Source of the DNA: Gnetum montanum
Lineage: Eukaryota > Plantae > Gnetophyta
Length of the DNA stretch: 64,000 nucleotides
Reading direction: 5' to 3'
Assembly: GCA_015680685.1 (NCBI GenBank)
Contig: MNCI01002654.1
Span: 1 to 64,000, forward strand
Positions within the stretch are counted from its first letter, which is position 1; every line of letters begins with the position of its first letter. Positions 27,064 through 36,585 of this stretch are shown one piece after another. The position numbers were made by a program, and so were the translations under genes. A model generated the notes under the pieces. It was not told the DNA's origin, searched no databases, and saw nothing but the letters and a program-made list of their open reading frames with translations.

Positions 27064-30000
27064 TTAGTGTTGAAATTCTCTAGTCAGATAGTCCGCCAGA
27101 TTATTCTCTTTGCCACTTCAATACTATGTTTTATAATTAAAATTTGCTAAAAATAAAGACCATCTAATTAAACGAGTATGGGCAACCTTATTTAAATGTT
27201 TAGTTTGTAAATATTTATCAAAATATTTTAAATCTAACCTAAGGATAAATTCTTGTTCTTGAAGAAACAGACGAAACTTTTCAATGCCACGGATTATGGC
27301 AAGGAGCTCTTTATGAGTAGAATGGTAATTCAGTTCGGCAGGATTAAACTTACCGCTTGCATACCTGCAGATATACGTCATATCATGTAATTCCTCTTTT
27401 AAGACTGCTCCCCAAAATTCTTCTGATGCATCTGTTTCAAGGATCAATTTCCCATTTGTGTGTAACCGTAAATATGGAAGTTTTGTACATTGACCTTTTA
27501 AACATTTTACTGCATCAGTGTGAGCTTGACTCCATGGTTGTGGGTTGTTTGTTAATTGTGGGTTTAAAATATTGCGATCTTTGGCAAGATCCTTATAAAA
27601 CCCCGATAAGTAATTTAAACAACCGAGAAATCGTTGGAGTTGTGTTTTGTCTGTGATGATATCAAGAAAATTCTTAATATTCGTAAGAATATGTTGTTGT
27701 AGACTAATTTGCCCATTTTTAATTACTACACCTAAAAAATTTACTTCATCAATTGCAATCTGGATTTTCTTCTCCGAAGGAGATAGTACTAATCCATTTT
27801 GATCAATAAGCTCATAGAGCTTCTGTAGATGCTGTTGATGTTCTTCAGCGTTTTTAGACATTACTAATATATCATCTATATAAACCAATATAAAAGGATA
27901 ATCTTTAAAGATCGCATTCATAAAGGACTGGAAAATAGAAGGAGCTATTTTGATACTAAAAGGTAAGATAGTCCATTCGTAAAGGCCTTGTGGAACTGTA
28001 AAAGCTGTTTTCCAGCGATCTTCTGGTACTATCTGGATTTGCCAGAATCCACTCTTAAGATCAAACTTTGAGTAAATATGTGTTCCTTGTAAGCATTGAA
28101 ATAAATCATCTTTACTAGGGATTGGATGTTGAACAGATTTGATAATTGCATTTAGTGGTTTGTAGTTGACCACTAATCTCTTTTTTCCCCTAGTTAATTC
28201 GGCACGCTTATTCACATAGAAGGCTACACAGGAAAACATGCTAGTGCTAGGTTGTATCATTCCTTTTTCTAACAATTGTTGTATTTCCTGGGCGCATTCT
28301 TCTTTCAGTTGTGGGGACATCCCAATATGATGTGCTTTTGATTCTGGTTGCACATCGTCTAATAATTCTATTCTGCACCAATGTTGCTTTTTATGACGGA
28401 AGGCTGTTGGATCATCACTAGCAACAGTAACTAGTTTGGCGCGTAGCTGATCAAAGTTTGTTTCTCGGGATTGGATCTGATTGACAATACATTGTGTTTT
28501 TGGAATTTTATACTTAGTTTTTGTAAACCTATTTACTGGGGTAAAGTTTCTGAAAAATTTATGCTTGCCTAAGTAAACATGTCTAGGAGACACCATATAA
28601 GGTTCTAATAATGCTAAATTATCTACTCCTATTACCATATCATATGAAAGCCAATTAATTGCATTAATTTGTAAAGGAAAAGTAGAGTTATCAGGTAGCT
28701 GTATGGGTAATGTATACTTACGATTAATCGTTGTAGTTGCTTTGTTGAAATTCACGATTAACCTTACTTGTTCTTCCCATAAGTATTCTGGTATGATGGT
28801 TTCATTGGCGAGTGTTATCTCTGCTCCTAAATCTATTAATGCATCTACAAGATATGGTTTAAAACCTTTTAATTTAATCCAAAAAGTGCATAAAGGAGTA
28901 CATACCTTTCTTTCATTTTGATTTACCCTGATCATATGAATCTGGGCTATCTCCTGTTCATATTCTTGATGAAATTTAGCTTCGTCCTCAGCCTGTAATT
29001 TCTCTATTTCTTTTTTGGCTTTTTCAATAAAAGCTTTTAATTTCTTTATCTTGATTTTTCGATTACAAGTATTGGTTTGAGGTTGTACTTGCTGATGTCG
29101 AGTTTCTTCTTCCTGTAGCCATTCTTCTAACTCTTCCCTTTGTTCAGTATCGGATTCTAGAGGTTGGCTATCATAGGATGGATTTATCTCTTTTTCATAT
29201 TTTTTCAAAGCCTTTACTTCAGCTTTCTTTTCTCTAATCTGTTTATCTAACTGAATATAAACTGTTAGGTCTTCTATAGGCGTATGCTTTAACTTATGTT
29301 TAAGCCTTTCTAATCTAATTTTAGCTAATGTTAACTCATCCTGTATCCTTTTTGTTTCAGATGTCGATGTATGTTTGGAGGAGGATGCACGATTCATATT
29401 ACAATAATAAACATCACCGTCAAATGAATCAGAGGGATTATTTTCATAATCAGATGCTAATCCTGTATCATAATTCTTCCAATATTCATCTGGACTATCG
29501 TCATGGTCAGAAATAGAAGGTGATGATGGACATAAATCTTCTCGGGGATTATAATAAATATCATCCATTTCTGGATCAGATATCCATTCGAAATGTGTTT
29601 CCCGAAGATTATGTTTCTTAACAAAATGTACTTTCTTTTTATCTTTGTCCTTGTTGGGACAATATGGTGCAATATGTGGACCTCCGCAAATAAAACATTT
29701 TACGTTTTTACGACCTATGGGTTTTTGATGTCACCTAAAAAATCCAGGATACTTTTTGACTCTTCGTCGTGGAGGAGATGATTGTTCTTTTCTCCGGCAT
29801 TGTTTTCTTGGTTTGGATCTAGACGAAGATCCTCTATGACAGTTAGAGCATTGTCGTTGAGATTTTTCTTTTTGTTTGTTTTTGAATTTTTCTTCAGGAC
29901 ATAATTCTAAACATAAACTCTTACCTAATCTATTATTTAATTTCTTAACTAATTGTTGTGTTTCTTGAGTGTAACACAACTCTCTATTTGTCTGTTCTAA

Positions 30001-30650
30001 GAACTGTCTAATCTGTCCAAAACTCATATTCGCAATACAAAGATTTTTCTTTTTCAGTTCTGCCATATATGTATTGTAGAATGGTTGAGGAAGACACCCA
30101 ATGAGATGTTCCTTGGCTGCTACTTCCTGTGTGAGTTTACCATAATAATACCAAGATTCCATGGCATCAAGAAATCCTGATAATTGTTGGATTTTATGTA
30201 ATCGAGCCTTGAAGAAACGATCACGATAAACATCCACCAAATTTGCTTTAAAACCAATAAACTCTTTAATAATAGCATTCAAGAAAATAACTATTGGTTG
30301 GGTAATCAACCTAGTTTTAATGGAAGTTGGAATATGACTCCACCATCTCCGCAAGTTTCCTTGGAAGTTATAGGTAGCGTTCATAATCGCTTGTAGTGTT
30401 GATTTCTTGGCAAAATCTATTTGGATAGTTAAATAAGATTGGATGGCATCTAAGACATCCTGACGTTCTTTCAAATCCTTGTTGTCCATCTTGAACTTAG
30501 GTTGTATATCACCAGCTTTGCGGGATTGCATCAACATGGCTTCAGTGGCTTCCTGTACTTGTTCTCCTGTTCGTGCTAGAAGAACAACTTCTTCAGCTCT
30601 TTCATCATCGATCTCAAATTCAGATGCACTATGTGCACTGTCACCTTCAT
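27064..30650 (-). pseudogene. Caulimovirid polyprotein: coat protein + Zn knuckle + coiled-coil spacer + aspartic protease + RT + RNase H
   Basis: ORFs 29731-30537 and 27124-29568 share one frame. Motifs CFICGGPHIAPYC; ALIDLGA; AFYVNKRAELTRGKKRLVVNYKPLN; SKFDLKSGFWQI; YIDD; LETDAS; ends SGKENNLADYLTREFQH*. Confidence 0.95.
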
Positions 30651-32135
30651 TTTATGGATTTGGGCTTTTCCCTTTTTAACCCTTTGTGTTCTTTGACATT
30701 GCTTAAAAGCTTCTATATCCTTATGAGCTAAGGCAGGTAGAGATGATGGAACGAATAATGAGATTTCTGAGGCTGATGAAGATAAAGGAGGAGCCGATGG
30801 TTTAGGAGATTGTGGACCTAAACCAGACATTCTTTCAAATTTTCTATAAAGCAAACCTGTATTCACATCTGTATTATTATTTAACTGATACATACGTTCT
30901 AATATGGTCATCTGCGTTCTATTACTATACTCTAGTTCTTGTAAAGCAGTATTAGTCCAATTTAAAAGACAAATAGTATCTGAAGGTCTTTCTGCTGCTT
31001 TCTTAGTCTGTAGAGTATATACGTACTCTTCTTCAGGTACACCTTCAGGTTTATTTTGAACAAAATCGAACCCTTTTACTTCTAATGGAGTTAGACGGTC
31101 TTAATGTTCCCTGAACGTATCTCTTGATATCGTTGTTCTGTTCATCTCGATCCTACAGGTTTTCAGTAATGCGTCGCATTCACTACAGTGATATTGATTA
31201 TCAATTTTTGTTAATGTTTTGTGACGACACGAAGGATCTCCTGTAGAGGGTTGGAACAAACGAGATGATGTTGTTGATTCAGGTATGGATTCTTCATCTA
31301 AAATTTCGGGGTCTAACTCAATAATCTTAGCCTTTGATTTCGCCTTTTGTTTTACCCTATCCATTTCTAACTCTAAGAGTTCAGTTTTTCTCATGGACTG
31401 AGACAGTTGGCATTGGAGTTGAAGGATAGTGTCTTGAAGATTGGCTAGATCTAATGATGGTTCTTGGTTCGACCTCATTTCTGTAGGTTCTTGGATTTTT
31501 ATAGGTTTCTGAAATAGTTTTGGCTTAGGTTTTTTATGTGCCGCATTCAATGGATCTATTTCAGAGAATCTAGATGGTAGAAGATTGACCTTGTATCTAC
31601 GTTTGGTGTTTTTGTTCCGGGCTTTCTCTAATTTGAAGTAGACATCAAGTGTGTGGGAAAGATCCGAGTACTTTGTATGGACTGGTAGATCTTCAGTATC
31701 AATCTCTAGACCATATTCTATATTTGGGGAACCTACTTGGGTTTTCTGTTCATTGAACGGATGTAGAGTCTTGATAGCAGTATGACTAAAGACTTTAAAC
31801 ACTAATCTAGTAGATATAGTAGCATATATAGATTTTGGTAACATATCAACAGGCATATAGACAATGATCATTAACGATTTATAAAGATGAGGATCATGAA
31901 GTGATAATGTGAAATTTGGGATGGTAATGATAACAGCATCCTCAGCTAAGGTTCCTTTTGCCTGTGTGATTAATGCATCTTCAAACGTATTAAACCTACG
32001 ATCTATGACTGCAAGCTAGTATGGGGCTTTTAACCTATAGTTAAAATGCGGATGTAAAACTACAGCTAATTCAGCGAGATGTATGTAATGGAAACCTTTC
32101 TGGACCCAGGTTTCTACCTCAGGTGGTGAAAAGAA
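30651..32135 (-). pseudogene. Caulimovirid 30K-superfamily movement protein and coiled-coil linker (N-terminal part of the polyprotein)
   Basis: KGFHYIHLAELAVVLHP...AVIDRRF...PNFTLSLHDP...RLVFKV. ORFs ending at 32016, 31101 and 30576 are all in one frame; a single frameshift at ~30655 leads into the CP frame. Confidence 0.9.
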
Positions 32136-32136
32136 N

Positions 32137-32553
32137 AATGAATATTGTTCTGTATCCACTAGTGGTTCGAGTCCATTACTGGTGCCAAAGCGTACTGAAA
32201 TATATGATAAATCGTGTTTAAAAGTCATAGAATCATGGAAGGAGATGTATATGTCCGAATGTGATCTAGAAATCGCAGGAATAGGTTTATGTCCAATAGC
32301 CCTCACTTTCTTTTCACCACCTGAGGTAGAAACCTGGGTCCAGAAAGGTTTCCATTACATACATCTCGCTGAATTAGCTGTAGTTTTACATCCGCATTTT
32401 AACTATAGGTTAAAAGCCCCATACTAGCTTGCAGTCATAGATCGTAGGTTTAATACGTTTGAAGATGCATTAATCACACAGGCAAAAGGAACCTTAGCTG
32501 AGGATGCTGTTATCATTACCATCCCAAATTTCACATTATCACTTCATGATCCT
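32137..32553 (+). pseudogene. Movement-protein N-terminus on a contig between two n joins (probably mis-oriented)
   Basis: + frame reads VPKRTEIYDKS...FFSPPEVETWVQKGFHYIHL. 32308-32553 is the reverse complement of 31890-32135. Confidence 0.8.
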
Positions 32554-32674
32554 NGTCGTCTAAGGAGTTGACGGATCCCCGGAATTGACGGAGTTCTGAA
32601 CCCATGTGAAGTGTACACTCGAAGCTATCCTAGGCTCCGCTTTGAGGACATCGCTTCTTTATGTGGGGGAGGAT

Positions 32675-33193
32675 TGTGAGAGATGTCCCAAGTGGTGGTT
32701 CCCTTAGGCTCTCCCCATGGTTTGGGGGCCATGGAACACTCTGAGGTGCCCTCAGGTGGCTCTCAAGTGTTACAAAACCCACCCCAGCTTGGTGGCACCA
32801 AGCTAGAAATAGGACACCCTCCTGTTGCAACTCTCTTCTCTAAGTCCTCTTCCTTCCCTCTTCTCAGTGGAGAACTGCATGGCCCTGATTCTACGGTGGT
32901 CGTAGATATGTAGGTAGCCAAGACTGGATAGTTTTGGTGTGGTGCCATGCCACACCTTGTACCAGATCGTGAGGGATCTGAGGGTGAGCTACCTTCCCTT
33001 GTAGGTGCATCATCTCCCTTTCCATCGATGTGGTCTACGAGGTTGTGTGTGCTTGTTTGCTTGGTTCTCTTCTGCTTACACTCGTGAGATGCTTGCTTGT
33101 TTGAGGCGTATTCCCCAGGTCTTCCGCCCCAGATCCGTTGGATCTTTGTGAATTCCTTGGGGTGCCGGGCAACGTCAGGGAAACGTTGTTACA
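32675..33193 (+). repeat. 3' LTR (519 bp) of the chromovirus element
   Basis: TGTGAGAG...TGTTACA; repeat of 24151-24571; preceded by the PPT. Confidence 0.92.
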
Positions 33194-33673
33194 CACTCTC
33201 TCTCTTTTCCATAGCAAAAAGTGGTGGATGGCACAATGGATGACAACGACCATGGTTACATAAGCATGGTAGGCTACAGTTTTGTTTTCTCTCTCCGATG
33301 ATGCAAGGAGACATGAAAATGAAAGGTGTTATTAGTAGTCATGTTTCTTCTCTCTCATCTCTCTCATCTAGTGGCAGCTATGGGCAGTGTTGTGGCAATG
33401 TTCGCAATGGACCAACAGTGAACAGGCAGCAGCAACAAGATCATGAAAAAATTGTTTTTTTTAGATTACTTATTTTACTCTTGAATTGCAAATACATTTA
33501 ATTTAAAAACTTAATTATTTTTTCTTGGTTTATTGTTTTAAAATATCACATAGCCTTCTTTAGCTAAGACTATTCCTAGATTTCCATAACCATACAAGAG
33601 GCACCCTAGGTAGTAGTCTCCTAAGATAAGTTTTTTCCCAAGTGTTGGTGTGTCCAAAATTTACGCATCAATA

Positions 33674-35190
33674 ATGAGAAATTTGATTTTCTAGGATTTA
33701 TGGATAGTGATTATGCAAGAGATTAAGATGATAGGAAGAGCGCTACGAGATATGTTTTTATGATGGGTATAGAGGCTATTTCATGGTCATCCAAGAAATA
33801 ATCAATTGTCACATTGTCAAACACAAAGGCTAAATTTGTTGGTGCACCATCTCGTGCTTGTCAAACTATTTGGCTCAGAAAAATTCTTAATGAGCTATAT
33901 TTCAAGAAAGAGGGGGCTATTACAATTTTTTGTGACAACAATTCCACCATAAAGTTATCTAAAAATCTTGTGCTACATGGAAGAAGTAAGCATATTGATG
34001 TGAGATTTGACTTCTTGCGTGATCTATGCAATGATGGTGTTATTAATTTGATGTTTTGTAAGACTAAAATGAACTCACTTATTGATGAGACATAAAATTT
34101 CTCATATTGCTGACGGTTGCGTTAAGGCACCCACGTTATATCATGGGTCGCAATATATCATTTCACATCCCAGTTTTAGTGTAGCGAAGCTCTGGTAGTT
34201 TGATCCCTTCAGAGTTAGAATTTTTCCCGTGTCTGCCCGCAGTGTGGTGAATGTGATTGTACAGTGACTTTATTCAAGTGTGCTATACTTGGACATGCAC
34301 ATGACCGGCAATAAAGATCAAGATTACTTCATCATTGCAGCATTCACTTAGTTTATTTATTTAATGTTATTTATTGCTTTCATAGCGTGGTGCGAGTACG
34401 ACTTAACTATGAGCATCCACGGGTGTGTACGGCTAGTTAAGGAATCGGTTACTCATCGCGATTAGTTTCTCACCCTTAAACTCCTAGAAGCGGAATGAGT
34501 ACGACTTGATTAAGAACATAAGTGTGACTGCTTGGTAGCCCAGTGGTGTAGCTAGTGGGATCTACGCTTGGTAACCCAGTGGCGTATTTGGAGTCTGCGC
34601 TTGGTAATCTCAGTGGCGTACCTAGGCCTATGCTTGGTAGTCCCAGTGGCAGTCGTGCACGAAGTCCAAGATGTGTACGGTTGATCAAGGAATCGGTTGC
34701 TCGTCGCACTTAGGCTAGATTAGATTTCTTACCCTTTTCCTCTTAGCTTAGATTAGTTAATATTATTTTCCACTACCATCAGGAGTAGCGTAGAATTAGG
34801 ACACATCATACACCTCATCTAGACTAAACCATACGTGACATATGCAAAACTAGTTTAGGTGGAAAGACAGCGAACTGCGACCTAAGGATAACTATCTAGG
34901 TGCCACAACTAGTCCATCTGCGGAGTTCGACCGGATCGCGTGTGCGACGCTCGTTTCGTATGGTTGAGTGTAGGGGTATCTCGCCACTCATCACTTATAT
35001 TCTAACCAAACCCCTCAAGTTATCAACATTCCAAAGGCTAAAAAAGCAACTTAGAGTCTACATATTAAATAATTTGATGTTTTGTAAGACTAACATCAAC
35101 TCACTTATATTCTAACCAAACCCCTCAAGTTATCAACATTCCAAAGGCTAAGAAAACAACTTAAAGTTTCCATATTGAATGATTTTTGTT
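33674..35190 (+). pseudogene. Copia RNase H, split by a solo LTR and ending in a ~110-bp tandem duplication
   Basis: GFMDSDYA..DDRKS..YVF...ISWSSKK; CDNNSTIKLSKN..HGRSKHIDVRF; LTYILTKPL occurs twice. Confidence 0.88.
34083..34993 (+). mobile_element. Solo LTR of the Athila-like family
   Basis: TGATGA...TCATCA, 911 bp; perfect TSD CTTAT/CTTAT; 3' half matches 1-403. Confidence 0.93.
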
Positions 35191-35234
35191 AAAGTAATAG
35201 TTTGCAAACTTTCAATTTATGATAAGGTCTTAAA

Positions 35235-35582
35235 TGTGTTGAATTGTTAAACATGTTTTTTTGTTTGTCCTAGTCTTTAGGAACTGTGCTATTTTTGTTC
35301 TTTAGAAGTTGAATGACTGTTACAGAAGTTGAAAAGTTTGCTCTTATGGAAGTTAAAGGTCAGTCGTTACAGAAGTTAAACGGTTGGCTATTACAATGCC
35401 ATTTTAGAAGTTGAAGGGTCGATTGTTACAAGGGTCAACTGTTATAGAAATTGCATCATATTAGGATTCATTTGCTATTCTCCGTTGATATATTTGGTTA
35501 TTTAAAGGCCATTATTAATTGAATAAAAACGTGAAATTCAGTTGCCTATGTTTGCCCCTATTTTATTTTGCTTTTTTTATCA
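35235..35582 (+). repeat. Probable Copia 3' LTR with ~21-bp GTTACAGAAGTT(G/A)AA repeats
   Basis: Follows the end of pol. Contains short tandem repeats at 35295-35455, TATTTAAAG and AATAAA. Ends TTATCA at the DUF247 junction. Start boundary uncertain. Confidence 0.55.
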
Positions 35583-35890
35583 CATGCTAGCAGTGCACAG
35601 CCTCAAAGCTTGATAGATACACCAATGATCGCCCTAGAGCATTGTCAAGGACCTTGAGTTTGTGAGATTTGAGATTGAAGTTGGGGTTGGACTTGAATTG
35701 GTGGTGGTGATATGAACCCAGCTCAACTAGCTCGGGAACATAGTACGACTGTGGTCTACCTTTTCAGAAACTCGGTCACCCTCACAATACATCGGTGACG
35801 CTCCTCCATGTCTCCGCTTTCCTGCCTGTGCAATGCAAGCAATTCTTCAACAATATCCATCGCTACAATCCCACCTTCCCCTGTAGCCAT
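35583..35890 (-). pseudogene. DUF247 (UPF0481) family pseudogene, N-terminal part
   Basis: MATGEGG...HRCIVRVTEFLKR / PQSYYVPELVELGSYHHH...KSHKLKVL matches the DUF247 pattern CIYRVPxxL...YxPxxVSIGPYHH...KxxxL. One frameshift. Confidence 0.75.
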
Positions 35891-36398
35891 GGATGTGACG
35901 TGCAAATGTTTGAAACTCACACAGAGACTGTAACACAGTTTAAATTGAATTTTTTTGCTCGTGCCTTTCGCTATTATTGACTGCATTTGTTTTGCGCTCC
36001 AGCTGTCGCAAGTACACGCTTAAGAATTAGAGCGCCTTTGATTTGATTTTTCACAGATCGTATGGTTCTAGTGATCAGTTTATCGTCTTATCTGAAACTT
36101 ATGGAATACATTAGTTTCTTCCAAAAAAATGGTATTAATCCCATCGAACAAGTTTGACACTGTTATCTTTTACGTTTTAACTTTCTCAATTACTGATGTG
36201 AGTTTAGGGTAGAATATTATTTCTTCCAAAAGAGCGTATTAATGCAAATCGCAGGTCTAACATTGTTAGTTTTTAACTTCTTTTATTACTGATGTGTCAC
36301 ATCAGTTTGCCACACGTAAAACTATGTTTATTATATTATTCTTTTTGCTTGAAATTTATCAATGAGTCATTATTCCAACTTATATATCACACATCTTA

Positions 36399-36585
36399 AA
36401 CTAAACTTTCGCGCTTTTATACATGATTCCTCGGATTTAACATGAAAAAGAACCTTAAATTTTTTTCTTGAGTTCACAGCATTCAAACTTGAACTAAACT
36501 TTCGCGCTTTTATACATGATTCCTCGGATTTAACATGAAAAAGAACCTTAAATTTTTTTCTTGAGTTCACAGCATTCAAACTTGA
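36399..36585. repeat. Perfect 93-bp tandem duplication upstream of DUF247
   Basis: AACTAAACTTTCGCGC...CACAGCATTCAAACTTGA occurs twice. Confidence 0.9.

Larger units (their letters stand above)
25571..32553 (-). mobile_element. Endogenous caulimovirid (plant pararetrovirus), near genome length, Petuvirus/Florendovirus-like organisation
   Basis: 30K movement protein, coat protein with Zn knuckle, aspartic protease, caulimovirid RT-RNase H without integrase, downstream ORF2, 35S-like TATA and leader. Confidence 0.93.
24151..33193 (+). mobile_element. Ty3 chromovirus (Reina-like) LTR element with decayed pol, containing an endogenous caulimovirid
   Basis: LTRs at 24151-24571 (3'-truncated) and 32675-33193 (TG...CA). 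Perfect TSD CACTC/CACTC. PPT TGTGGGGGAGGAT. C-terminal PRLRFEDIASLCGGG resembles the chromodomain end LEDKxxxxGGG. Confidence 0.88.
21053..33673. mobile_element. Large solo LTR (~2.1 kb after removing nested elements; Tat/Ogre-like end) inserted in Copia pol
   Basis: Termini TGTTGATG...CATCAATA. TSD GTGAC/ATGAG reconstructs the Copia sequence AAAG-GTGAG-AAAT. No coding remnants in 21053-22311, 23741-24150 or 33199-33673. Confidence 0.65.
17690..35582 (+). mobile_element. Ty1/Copia retrotransposon (Ivana-like), 5' LTR missing, interrupted by nested insertions at 21053-33673 and 34083-34993
   Basis: PBS remnant CGCATCAGAAC (cf. TGGTATCAGAGC). Gag-pol 17732-21047 resumes at 33674 with RNase H motifs. 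Confidence 0.88.

Noticed and set aside
32137-32306. Minus-strand N-terminus MRAIGHKPIP... of ORF 32016-32306
   Set aside because: Chimeric across the n join; the real MP N-terminus is the + frame of the same segment.
35295-35455. Short regularly spaced repeats, superficially CRISPR-like
   Set aside because: Degenerate ~21-bp LTR tandem units without unique spacers, in a eukaryotic TE context with no cas genes.
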